DNA of 64,000 bases, taken from NCBI RefSeq assembly GCF_006345805.1, contig NC_043000.1:164610001-164674000 (forward strand), written 5' to 3'. This document shows positions 51,160 to 64,000 of this stretch, in pieces. This stretch comes from Octopus sinensis (Eukaryota). Under the pieces are notes generated by a model. It did no database searches. It was not told the DNA's origin and saw only the letters and a list, made by a program, of their open reading frames with translations. The translations under genes and the position numbers were made by a program. Positions within the stretch are counted from its first letter, which is position 1. Each line of letters opens with the position of its first letter.

Positions 51160-51370
51160 AACTTGCTCACATAAGCTCTTCTGCTCTCTTTGGCGCATAG
51201 GCTATTGATGACTTCCCTCCACTGTTTTCCATTCTGGGTTGTCTTTTCTGCTTCTCTCCAGTTGGATTCTTGCTTTTTCAGCACTGCCTCCGTATCCCAA
51301 CTCCAGCTATTTTTAGGGCACCCTTTCTCCTGCCTCCTTTGTGGATTCCGTATCAGGACCTTATGTGTCA
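51160..51370 (-). pseudogene. Old RTE ORF C-terminal remnant
   Basis: Minus peptide RNPQRRQEKGCPKNSWSWDTEAVLKKQESNWREAEKTTQNGKQWREVINSLC resembles the RTE C-terminal WNPQGKRKRGRPKNTW...W...LC pattern. Confidence 0.7.
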
Positions 51371-52119
51371 TATATTTCCCCGAGGAAAGGCTTTCCTCTC
51401 TCTTGTCTTGTTGGTTTTGAATTGTTATTGATGCTTCTACAACTTTTTTTCTTTTTGAGGTAGCAGTGGTGGTCCTATGTAAACCTACTTTTACCTGTAG
51501 AGAGAGGTGCTTCATGATAGTTTGGCCTTTATCCTTTGACATGTTCAGCAAGAGAGGCCCTAACAGTAGCTTGTACCCTGCTGCCATAACTTTCAGAGTC
51601 ATTACAGTAAACAAGCCACCACACAAGAGCTGGACTTGGGATCGGGCTGTTTACTGCTACAGTTGAATCCTGATGAATAATTGTAATAGGATTATGTGTT
51701 GACAGAAATGGCAGGACACCACACTAAATGTCTTACAATATATCATTTTGAATCTTTACTTCAATTTTTGAATTCAAATCCTGCAGGGATTGGGTTTTTG
51801 CCTTTTAAACTATAAAATCAATAAATAAACTATGTCCTAGCTCTACTATACAGGTCGTTATTATTATAAAACCAATGTAGAGGAGCAGAGGGCAGATCCA
51901 GTAAAGTGCAGGACAAAGCCTATGCTTGGCAGTGCATGGTAGGTTATAATAGGGTGCAAGACAAAGCCAGTGCAGGGAGGTGCACAGCAGATGTGATAGT
52001 GCAATATAAAGAGCCTGATGGTCCCTAGTTTGTTACGCCCCTCTTGTTCTTCAAACCGTTCCAGTATTGACTTTGCCTTTCATCCTTTCTAGAGTCAAAA
52101 TAAATACTAGAGTTAATTT

Positions 52120-52445
52120 GCTTGGCTCAGGTTCACAATCATGAGGTAGTGAGTTCAATTCCCAGGCTGGGTTGAGTGTTGTTGATGTTCTTGGGCAAGA
52201 CACTTTATTTACTCCAGTTCACTCAGCTGTAGAAATGAGTTGCGACGTCCCTGGTACCAAGCTGTATTGGCCCCCTTTGCCTTTCCTTTGGATAACATCA
52301 GTGGCAATGGAGAGGGGAGGCGAGGCTGGTATGCATGGGTCACTGCTGATTTTCCATAAACAACATTGCCCAGACATGTGCCTCGGAGGGGAACTTTCTT
52401 GGTGCAATCTCATGGTCCTTCATGACTGAAGGAGGTCTTTACCCT
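52120..52445 (+). mobile_element. tRNA-derived SINE of a further family
   Basis: B-box GAGTTCAATTCCC at 52151-52163, followed by a ttgggcaagacacttta...cagctgtagaaatgagttgcg SINE-type body. Confidence 0.65.
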
Positions 52446-52699
52446 TGACATCCCTTTCCTAAAATTGTGGCTTTATGTCTATTAAAAATCATCATCATCA
52501 TCATTTATTATTATTATTATTAGAGGCAGTAACAAGACCTGAAATAGCTTTGATCATAGCTCCACTCAGTTGAAACTGATAACCTAAATAACAAGAACAG
52601 GAGCAGAAATTTTGCTTAGTCTTTTACTTAGTCTCTGTCTCTGTTTCCTCTTCCCACTCCCCTCCTATAATCTCTCTCTTGTTCTCTTTCTCTTTCCAG

Positions 52700-52827
52700 C
52701 CCATTACGCCAGAAGAGTCCATCAACCCTACCAAGCCCTACTCAACAACAGCATCAGACACCATGTCCACCCACATCTCCAAATTCCGTCAAAAAGACTC
52801 ACCATCGTTCACGATCAGATGCTACAG
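52700..52827 (+). CDS. PI4KB: PI4KB coding exon (Pro/Gln-rich linker with HxRSxSDAT motif)
   Basis: Strong polypyrimidine acceptor tctttccAG, donor AG|GTTTGT, phase 2 to 1. Encodes (R)PLRQKSPSTLPSPTQQQHQTPCPPTSPNSVKKTHHRSRSDAT(G); human PI4KB has KRTHQRSKSDAT. Confidence 0.92.
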
Positions 52828-53760
52828 GTTTGTATTGCTCTCCTGCGTTTGTATGTGTGAGATGTTAATTAGTGTTGGCTGTTAATTAGCTTGAGGAGCT
52901 TCAGAATGCCAGGTGACTTATAAAAGTTTTTATGAAGAAGTAGATGGTGTTGGTCATAATGGTGATGGTAACCTTCTCAGTAAAACGAGGATGCTGTGGA
53001 TGATGATGAGTGAAGGGCTTCTTGCATTGTCACTGTGTATCTCTTTTCAGCATTTCATGCAATTTGCATGGCATTATAGAATGGTATGCATACAGTTGCA
53101 TCATGCACGTGTACACTCACACACACATTGGCCATCACAAGCTAAGTTTCAACTGCCCTCATTTTCAGGAAGTCTTCATGACCTACAAAGGTCATGAATG
53201 TTTTTCCTGTCCTTTCATTAAATGATAATGAGAATATCTCACATAGTTACTTTGACATTGTGATGTATACATAGAACAGACATTATTCAAGTTTATATTT
53301 GTCTACACTTCACCCCGTTTTACAACCTGACACCAAACAGGGCCTGACATGTCATAACTGCACACTATGCCCTACACCTAAAACCAGACCCTAAACTGGG
53401 TTTAATATGCTGTAACTGTCCACACCACTCTTGCACAACCATACACATAACGGGCCTAACATGCCATGAGTCTTAATACTAAAACCCATACAGCAGAACA
53501 CCAAACTGGGTTGAACAAACCATGATTGTTTGCACTAGAACCCAAGAAACCTGTCCTAACTTCCACACTATACATCAGACAATCTAAATGTGCTACAACA
53601 CATTCTGATTGTCACTGTATTTTTTTAAAAATAAAAACAGGCTCTATAAACCAGATACAGTATCCACTGGCTGTTGTACTGTAACCTGCATAACTAAAAT
53701 CTGAATTCAAAACCTGGAACAATTGATATTTCTGATATACTAAGATCCAGTCTCTACTAG

Positions 53761-53833
<73 letters not shown>

Positions 53834-53993
53834 TTGGCATATTGTATTTATGGATTGATCAAGAAACAACAGCTTCCATTTATCATCTCAACTAACCAGA
53901 TCATAATGATGTAAACTGTTTTCATTTAATCAAGGTTCTTGTATTGCAAAAAGAAAGAAATGTTTAAAAGGTGTACATCTTCGTGTGTTTATA

Positions 53994-54855
53994 TGATGGC
54001 TGATCAATAAGTATCTGGACTGCTGCTATAGTAACGAAGCTAAAGCACACAATGAAGCCGCTTGGCAAAGATTGACCTTGACCTCTGCTATGCATGCACA
54101 CTAAGTTTTAAAGTTTGTAGCTCACTTCCTCTGTTTACAGCAATACTTGGAAGGAAGGTGTGTAACATTCGATTGTTGCATTGACCTTGACAGAGAAAGT
54201 TGTCATGGCGATATCTGCTCAGAGGCCTCTGCAAAGTTGCAGAAAGTGCATGGAGAGGAGTGTATGAGCCGCACACAAGTGTACAAGTGGTTCAGATGTT
54301 TCCAAGATGGCCAAAAATATGTCAATATTGATGAATGTCTGGGAGACCCATAACCAGCAGAACTGAGAAAAACATTGCAGCTGTGAGGGGAAATCATCAA
54401 ATCACCATCTGTGAGTTATCAAAGGATGTGCAGATTAGTTACAGTTCAGTTCAGTCCATTATCACTGAAGATTTGGATATGAGATGCATGTCTGCCAAGT
54501 TTGTTCAAAAACTGCTCTCAGCTGACCAAAAAGACGCACGGGTTTCAGTTGCACAAGATCTCCTTGATTGTATTGGGAACGATGGAAACTTTCTGAAAAC
54601 TTTGTGTAGGCAGGTTTTGGCAAAATTTGATGCAGATTTTCTTTTCAACTTCCTCTGTCATGGTCAATGCGATGATCATACGCTACACACCTTCCTTCCA
54701 ATCACTGCTGTAAACAGCAGAAGTGAGCTAGAACATTAAAACTTAGTGCACATGTACAGCAGAGTTTAAGGTCAATCTGTGCTAAGCAGCTTCACTCTGT
54801 GTGCTTTAGCTTTGTTACTATGGTAAAAGTCTGGATACTTATTGATCAGACCACG
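53994..54855 (+). mobile_element. Mariner derivative (862 bp) with inverted ends of about 200+ bp
   Basis: TA-flanked TIRs tgatggctgatcaataagtatctggact / agtctggatacttattgatcagaccacg. Transposase N-terminal remnants (CMSRTQVYKWFRCFQDG; SGRPITSRTEKNIAAV). The right end is an inverted copy of the 5' region. Confidence 0.88.
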
Positions 54856-56009
54856 TATGTCTGTGTGTTTGTTTCTACAATAGTTGCCTATCATTGTATT
54901 TCATTTACTCATTTTGCATTTGTTTATCACTTTCAAATCTCCTGTTGGTTTCTTGTCATTTGCATGTCCTTTCTAAAGTAGTAAATATTATTGTTGGCCA
55001 TTGAATATTGTTCATCGAATATTCCAAATTATTATTTGAAACAACTGAACTATGTGGTGCTTCAACAGAGATTAAAAACTGTAAATTTTATGAATATTTT
55101 ACCCTTGAGCATCTGTTGCTGTACATTTATTTATATAGATGGGTACAGGCATAGTTGGGTGTTTAAGAATTTTGCTTTGCAACTACATGCTTTAAGGTTC
55201 AATCCCATAATGCACTATCTTGAGTAAGTATCTTCTAACTTGGCCTTGGGTTGACTAAGTTTTGTGAGTTAAATTTGATAGATAGAAACTGTGTTGAAGC
55301 CTGTCAAAGAACTGTTTCTGAACTGGGGTGGTAAACTTAATGTGTCGCCCTGTTGAACATGTGGTCTATGATTGCCTTTAATGAAGTCCACTCTGTTGCA
55401 AGCAACATTTAAGTTAGGTCTTCAGTTTGAAGCTAACTGCCTCTTAATAGTCATGGAGGTCCTGAAAAAGATAATGCATTTCCTTCTCTGACTGAGCCTT
55501 TAAATGTCATCATTCTTGTCATCATCATCCTCATCTCCCTCTTCCTCATCATCATTTTTATGTCCACTCTCTATACTGGCATGGTTTTGACAGGTTGTTA
55601 TTGTCTAAGTCATTTCATATTTGGGTATACTGCCCTCCTAGTTATCTTGGAGGATACATCTTGTTTGTACATACCATTTTTGGCATGGTTTCTTTGCCAG
55701 GATGCCTTTCCTAACACTCTTACAGAGTATACTGGATGCATTTTGTAATGACATTTTGTAATTAGTAAGGAAATTCTTATTTTGCAATTAGCATTTTGTA
55801 ATTAGTAAGGTTTCTGGTGCTATACAGGCTAAAGAATCCTCATATATATGTGTTTGTGTGTGTGCGTGGAAAAGAGAGAGAGAGAGAGAGTAGAGTATAT
55901 AATACAGTGTATAGAATTGGCATGGTCATCATGATTGGTTATGGTTGATTTTGGGTTGCTGCGAATTTCTGTGTCTAAAATGTCTCTTGGTAACTCATTT
56001 AAACAAAGC

Positions 56010-56565
<556 letters not shown>

Positions 56566-56577
56566 CTGTTTGTTTAC

Positions 56578-56614
<37 letters not shown>

Positions 56615-57770
56615 TGATATTTTTAATTTTCTTCTTATATTCTGTTCACTGACAAAAATCCGTGTTGCATCTCTGTATTTTATAATGAATTTTATTCACA
56701 AAGCTAGTGGTATTACTTACCTATTACTTATGTATTGCCTATGTGATACTTTATGTAATCTATTTAATTAATTTTTCTTTTTCTATCAGGCTCCAGTTAC
56801 CCAGTGCCATGTATTACTGTTTTTTTATGTACTGACCCATCTGTTTTTTTGTTAAGAAAGGTACTAAGAATTACCAGAAGCCCTTTTTGAAGATATCTGG
56901 GTTGAAAACATATTTGCCTATTTTAGAATTTCTTCACAGATTCATTTTAATGAATCATGCTCATTAAATAGTGACACAAGTTGATATCCACCAGTTAACC
57001 TCTTTTATTAGCATGTTACCTATGAAATATACTGAAAATAATCAACAATTTAGAGAGTTTTTGTAAAATAAGTAACTTTTCATTATTACATTTGTGTTTA
57101 GTAAAGTTTCGTAAATAAAATTATAATGAAAGATTTAATTTAAATATGAGCACTTTAGAACATGAACAAACCAAGAATAGCCTTTGGCAGGTTAATATAA
57201 AAAGGGTTAATTTATAAAGATCTTGAGCATATTTGAGCTATAGTAATCTTATTAATGTTATACATTAGTTCTTCCTATCTTTTCACTGACTATGTAGAAA
57301 TAACTGGCTTACATGAAACTAGGATATTTTGTCAACTGCTCAAGTTTGAAACTCTCTTTCCTAATATCTTCATGATCCAACAAGGCAGCCACTACGTTTC
57401 TTCACAATCCAACAAGGCAGCTGCCATGTCATCACCTACCCTGGTAGAAATAAGTCAAATCTCCTTCAAACCACATCCTACTATTTTAAGTAAATGATAA
57501 CAATGGACAGTGGGGATGATCTTACTTAGTTGAACTACCTATTATTGTAGCTCTGCTGGCATTTGCTTTTCTTCAAACTACAGTTTAATCATTTATGCTC
57601 ATTCTTGTAAACTCATTTGCATATGGACGTGAATGCACGACATGATGTTCACACCTTTGTATGGAGAGATTTTTACTTAAAGAAATATGTACAATATATT
57701 TTATAAGAATCTCATTAATTCCATTTTTTGTCTTTGTTCTGTATATATATATATATTATATATATATATA

Positions 57771-57897
57771 TTATTTTATAGAAGGAGCTTCTACGGGACT
57801 AGAACTGTTTCATTCAGATGAAATCTTCAGGAGCTTCCTGAAGATTTCATCTGAATGAAACAGTTCTAGTCCTGTAGAAGCTCCTTCTATAAAATAA
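57771..57897. repeat. Near-perfect palindrome, 62-bp arms, 3-nt spacer
   Basis: Arms 57771-57832 and 57836-57897 are reverse complements except one G.T pair at 57795; spacer GCT. The element continues to about 57966 and is flanked by TA runs. Confidence 0.95.
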
Positions 57898-58523
57898 ATT
57901 ACTTTACTCTGCTATGTATTGAGTACCTTATTTACTGTGGTTAACCCCGACTCAACCCGGGACCTACATATATATATATGTGTGTGTGTATATATGGTTG
58001 AGGGCAGGGGGTCTTTTCATTACTAATAGTCCTCAGTCTAAAGCTCACTATTTAGCTACATTTCCTCCAAAACTACTGTGGCATCTGTAACTGATGTACA
58101 CGGTAGTTCTACCCTAACCCTACATAACATCCATTGTACACCCTTCCACTTTTCATCTCTCACACTAACTCCTACCGTATGAACAGTGGTTGTTTGATAT
58201 GCTAAAAATAGCATCCAGATCTCCCTCAAACCACACTTACCATCTTAAAAAAGGACACATTTGATAGTGTAGTGTGAGAAGCACTCTGAAAAAATGGGAT
58301 GGTCATGGCTGGATCACATTTGATCATAGGTTGGTTCAACCAAGCCTGAACTGGAATACATGACTCTTTCCCCGCCTCTTCCTGGACTCTGGTCACGATT
58401 TTGTATAATTCATTTTAACACTCAAATATCTATTGTACCTCTATCTCAAACAACCACCCTAGACTCCAGCCCATGTCAAGATGGCACAAGAACGGACACC
58501 CTATTAAGTGAAAAACTAAAAGG

Positions 58524-58526
<3 letters not shown>

Positions 58527-58587
<61 letters not shown>
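58527..58587. repeat. (TA)n microsatellite
   Basis: Direct reading. Confidence 0.95.
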
Positions 58588-58589
<2 letters not shown>

Positions 58590-61500
58590 AATGTTGAGTA
58601 AAAAATATAACTTGGTTATTTTTATTTTTGGCTGTAACTTGTTTGTGTGGAGCATGGCATAAAATCATAACATTTATATTGAAATACGTCAAGCATGAAA
58701 TATATTTTCTGAAGCATGGCATAACATCTTCACCTGCATGCATGGCATTGAACATTTCTATATATACATAAGCATGGTGTAAAAAAAAATGTTGCAAGCT
58801 GAAACATCCTTGCTGATTTTTCTAATACATTTCTTGGCTCTAAACCCATTTTTTTTCTCTTTCTTTTCTTTTTCTTTTTGTATTGCTGCAGCAGACAATA
58901 CTCAGGAGTTCTGTATAAAAGGATATTAGTATAGTTTACAAATAATAGTGTTATGCAATTAATTGACTAGTTTTCTGACAGAAGAATAAACCTTCAGGTT
59001 TTTGTTTGTTTTGTTTATTAATTAATCCGAGGAGGAAGGAGAGTCTAATGTCCTTTTTCTAGGGGCTCTGAGCCTGATGTGAAGGAAGAAGGGAGGCAGG
59101 AAGGAAGATATTTTCAGATAGGAGGCCTGATGTCTTGAATACTTGCTACACCTGATAGGTTACTACATGAGTTGTTCCTAACAAATTTCACTCTCAAAGC
59201 TTGGATTTACCTGAGGCTATGTCAAACAATATTTTCTCAAAACGACAAGTTCTGGGATAGAGCCCAGGAACTTATGATTATGACGTGAGCTTTCTCCCCA
59301 CTTAACCACACTTCTGACCATACTTATATACACATACATGCATGCATCATGCATGGTGAATTAATGCGGAACTTATGGCTCTTATACCTATCATTTGTGC
59401 CTAGGTGCATGAGGCTCTGTACCTACAAATTTAGACAAAACCCTAGAAATACTAGCTTTTTCAAAGAAAGAGCAAAAGAAACTGATGCGGGTTCTCCAAC
59501 TGCAATCTATCAGTGGCACAATTTGTAAGACATTCCAAAGATTCTCATCTGAGATTCTGTAGGTGAGTAGATGCACACACTTGGGTGTGTGAATCTACAG
59601 CTTAACCAGCATACCAGCTCAACCACATACTTACAAACACTGGGAACTTACCTGTCTCTGAAAGCTTTGTTACTTTGTTAGTAGTAACTGGCTTGAACTC
59701 TCTTAAATAAAACTAAAAAAAAAAATCACACATGCACACGAGGTGTGTGTGTGTGTGTGAGCATGGACAACTTTTGTTAAATGATGATGATATATAATCT
59801 GTGTACCAAATTTCATGCAGAAGGCATTAGACTATCTGAGAAGACACTCATGTAAGATACCAAACATAATGGAAACTAACATAGAACTATGTGCTTCTGG
59901 ACTGAACTTGTGGAACACTTTCATGCCTGCATTCATATTGTATAACTAATACAGGACTGATTAGTATCCATACAGTCCATTACAGTATTTCAGTACAATA
60001 CCAGCTGTTATACCACTTTAAAACTGGCAGCTACATGCTTCAATTACATAAGAATTTCTGGGTAGGGTGGGATGAGACTTTAAAGAATCCAAGGATGTGT
60101 TTGATGATTCTGAAGTGGAAAAAGTATGTAGGATGAACATTTCTGTATCATAATTCACGTTACCCTGTAAAATTGTGTTTCGTAATTCTAGGGTTAAAGA
60201 TAATAATGTTAAATTTATATAAGGCTGTAATGTTATGCAATAAATTGTGTTAGACACTAGTATTCAGAGAGCAGTTCTCTAGAAAAGGGCACTGTATAAA
60301 GGTTTTCAGCTAATCAACTTACTCTGCAACATTTAATGCACTGTACATATATATACACACACACACACATCTGTTCGTGTGTGTGTGTGTGTGTGTGTGT
60401 GTGAATATATATGCACACACATACAGGCATGGCTATTTGATAAGAAGTTTGCTTCCCAACCATATGGTCTTGGGTTCAGTTCCATTGTGTGGCAAGTATC
60501 TTCTACTATGGCCCCAGACAAATTAAAGCTTTGTGAATGGATTTGGTTGACAGAAACTGATAGAAAGCTGTTGTGTGTGTGTGTGTGTGTGTGTGTGTGT
60601 CTGTTACTGTCACTGACATGCCAGTAGTTTCTTTTGTTTCCAGTCATCCATGATGAGGATGATTGTGTGTGTGTGAGTGTTAAGAATCCAGCCCATCAAA
60701 TTGCAGTTAAATCAAACCACATAGACTCAAAGTAGAAGAGGGATATTTATTTTAGGCAAGTCAAAATATTCGAAGCTACTGTCTCTAGTCTTTGATAAGG
60801 CAGGAGAATGTCATGGAGTCAGCTTCCTATTGACTCTTTTCTCCAATCTGATATTTTATTCTGTTGCTACATTTTCTGCATACAGATGCAGGTGTGTGAG
60901 ATTTATATAAAAATTACGAATAATAGACAGTGAAATGACAGGTGCTTCTGATACGATCTATGGAGGAGGTGCCTAAGGACTCTGTATTCACAACCCTCCT
61001 AGGAAGAGTGCATGGCAAAAAAGGATGCATAGGTTAGAAATAACCTAATGGAAGAAGGCAAGAAATACTACTTATATTAACTGAGTATTGTGGGTTTTAT
61101 AGCTACCTCACTGCCTAAGTTTTCTCTCATTATGCAAATAGATATTTGAATATTAATGACTTGTACGGGCACAGTGTTTTGTTATGCAGCCATAATATAC
61201 TATAAAGCATATTAAATGTTTTTATAAGTCAATACTGTGTTCTACTGTGTTAGCAGTGCACTTTTCATCACTTGCTAAGGTTATCTCTAGAGATATTCTA
61301 TAGAAATTTATAGCCAGCACTGATTTTTGTTAAGACATCACATAACCAAGATATTTGAATATTTTCAATTCGTGTGTATGTTTCTGTCTGCCTGAGTGAT
61401 TGAGTATGTACACATAATGATGTGGAGAATAGTTTTAGCTACTTAAGAATACCCAGACTTATATTTACTTCACATTTATTTTTTTCTATAGTACAGTTTA

Positions 61501-62208
61501 TTGTGGAATGTTAATAAACCCCAGTTGGCAACTGGATCATATAAGTGTAATGAAACTTTTAGACATAGTAATGTCTACTATGCCAAAGTAAACTGCACTG
61601 TTATTAATAAATGAAAAGTGAATATAGCAGTTTTGAAATCTGTCTAAATGGGCTAAAAGGCTTTTCCAAGATGTAATTCTCTGTTTCGTTGCTAGCCAAA
61701 GCAGGTACAGCTTTACAGTATGTGTGTATTTCATCATCATAATTTAATGTCCATACTTCATGCTCGTGTGAGTTGGATGGCTTCACGGGAAATGATGGGT
61801 TCAAAGATTGCATTATGTTCCACTGTCTACTTTTGCATGCTTTTTTTTATGACTGGATACCATTTTTAATGCCAGTCACTCTATTGTGTGTACTGGATGA
61901 TAATATATGTGTGTGTGTGTGCACACTCAATATTCATTTGTGAACAGTACAATCCAAAATTTAAAAGAAGTGCAATACATTTCTCACTGGAAATCACATT
62001 GATTAGTGCAGCTATTACTCAACTGTAATATAAGGCCTTAGGTTATATATCTATCTTATCTATTTATCAGTTTTCAAATATATCAAACGGAAAACCTCTA
62101 TTGGTTCTGCTTCAAAGAACTATTATATTCATCGTTTTAAAGCTTTTGCTACAAACTCAGTTTAAAGTCAAAATTTTGTCTGTTCTTTCCACCCTAAATT
62201 TCCTACAG

Positions 62209-62280
62209 GCCACTTTAAGTTCAAGCGACGTAGGACGAATTCATGTGGAGATGAGAATGAAACAATGTTTCAAAGGGAAG
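62209..62280 (+). CDS. PI4KB: Probable PI4KB linker exon (72 nt, symmetric phase 1-1)
   Basis: Acceptor ccctaaatttcctacAG and strong donor AAG|GTAAGA. The phase matches the exon ending at 52827 and the frame is open: (G)HFKFKRRRTNSCGDENETMFQRE(G). No homology could be confirmed by eye. Confidence 0.55.
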
Positions 62281-64000
62281 GTAAGAGTGCCAGTCTCATA
62301 TCCTGCTGACTTCTACTCAGCTTTCAAACGGGATCTAACTGCTTATTACTATGGTTCCTCTTTCTCTTCTCATATCACTTGCTAACCAAATTCTTACTGA
62401 TCCACTAACTGAACATTCAATAATCTAATGTTCTTTTCTTTTTTCTAATATTTCTCTCTACTTATTTGTTACAGTTTTCTTTCTTTTTACTACATCCAGT
62501 TATTCTTTTCTATTTTTTCGTTATAACTATTCTATATCTCGCTGCTGTCTCCTTTTTACACTTCATTCTCCACACTTCTTCTTATATCCTCACTTTTTCT
62601 TTCCCCAGTTCCCACTTCTTTCTTTCCTTCATTCTCTCATTTCTCCAATTCCTTCCTCCCCCACATATTCAGTGCCCCGTATCCAATGTGACACCTTTTC
62701 TTACAAACCCTATCCACAACAATTTTGAATATTGTTTGACTTCCCAAGTTATATTTATATAAATGAATGTTCTACCCTATATTACTACAGCCTGATGAGC
62801 TAAAAGATGAAACTCAGAGCTGCCATTGTGTAATTTCAGCTTCAATTAAAGTGTGTGTGTGTGTGTGTGTGTATGTGTGTGTTTACATTTTACTTGTTCC
62901 GGTCATTGAACTGTGGCCATGTTGGCACATCACCTTGAAGGGTTTTGTTGTAGAAGTACACTGCTTCTGTTGTTAACAATTATTTTTTAATTAACCCACT
63001 GGCTGTTCATGACACCAGTGCCTGATTAGGCCCTGTAGTTCTATGTATAGCAGAGACATTGCTGTTAACTCCAGTGGTTGAGTGGCTACCATTGACAAAG
63101 CCAAGGAGAGCCAGAATAACAGGATCTGGTTGTCTCGTCGGTGAAGATAGCAGGTGATTTATCTCCTTCTAGTGATGTAAACAAGTGCCTATGTCCACCA
63201 AAAACCCATTTGAGAGATTCTCTTATGGTAACTATCATAGTATTCTGTGTTTTAACACAACATCCATTTTGAAGTGGGATAAATATTACTTTTTGGTACA
63301 AATACTGCTTCTGTCTCCAATAATTATACACACATACAGACACACACACAGTTGGTCATTTGAGGTAAGCTAATCTAGCCATTTATCTTGGGAAGCACAT
63401 CTACAAACAGTAGCTGTCTGAAATTGTGTGTGGGATATCCCCCTATGTTCCATATAAGCTGAAGATCCACTAATTACAATTGAAGATAATAGACATGTTT
63501 ATAAACATGATGCAAGATTAGTCACAAATTAATTGTTGAAACAGTTGTCAACTACAAAATAAAAATATTGCAAACTCCAACCTTCGTTATTTATTATATA
63601 TGTGTCTGTGGAGACATTGTTGTGTGGTTGAGAAGTTCATTTCACAACCATAAGGTTTGGTGGTTCAGTCCCACTGTGTGACACCTTGGGAGGAGTGTCT
63701 TCTACAATAGTCCTTGACTGGCCAAAATCTCGTGAGTGGATTTGGTAGATGGAAATTGAAAGAAGTCTTTAATGTGTATATGTGTTTACATCTGCACTTC
63801 TCCAAAACTTGATGAGCTAGAAACAGTGATGTTGTTGCTATCCTTATCAACAAATCATCAGTTGGTTTTGTACTTCCAAGACTTATGGAATGAGATCCCT
63901 TACTTGAAAATAGGCAAGGTTTAGCAACAAGAAGGGCATCTGGTTGTAAAGCAATACCTTAGCATTATAATCATCTAAACCAATTATGGGCAATCTGTGG

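Noticed and set aside
58892-58928. Candidate PI4KB exon after a strong NAGNAG acceptor
   Set aside because: There is an in-frame TAG within 13 codons and only weak donors.
62787-62829. CAGC-CTGATGA-GCTAAAAGAT-GAAA-CTCAGA-GCTG as a hammerhead, or PDELKDETQSCHC as a PI4KB exon
   Set aside because: As a ribozyme, stem II does not pair and there is no NUH cleavage triplet. As an exon, the phase 1 reading gives an immediate TGA and the donor is weak.
63051-63153. Candidate PI4KB exon with CAG|GTGATT donor
   Set aside because: The acceptor is poor and the peptide has no resemblance to PI4KB.

Overview
AT-rich, microsatellite- and SINE-dense animal genomic DNA. The repeat families and the RTE LINE look coleoid-cephalopod, probably Octopus (inference). 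The main gene is the 5' part of a + strand phosphatidylinositol 4-kinase beta gene (PI4KB). Four confident coding exons join in frame (16719-17418, 38985-39102, 49755-49889, 52700-52827), and a probable fifth 72-nt exon lies at 62209-62280. They cover the N-terminal arm, helical domain and linker; no kinase-domain exon was found in the window. A CpG-richer, probably bidirectional promoter at about 3.7-5.5 kb contains a 4x49-bp TATA-bearing tandem repeat. The introns hold a young 5'-truncated RTE LINE with an internal PHD-like finger, three mariner deletion derivatives, two short mariner MITEs, a Buster/Charlie hAT derivative and many SINEs. The most unusual signal is three short elements with inverted terminal duplications, reminiscent of Penelope-like retroelement insertions. 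One (about 803-1060) joins a tRNA-type Pol III head to a minimal type I hammerhead-ribozyme motif. A second (56114-56565) has an internal tRNA-Thr-like cassette between direct repeats. A third (57771-57897) forms a 62-bp near-perfect hairpin. No database searches were run, and SINE boundaries are approximate.
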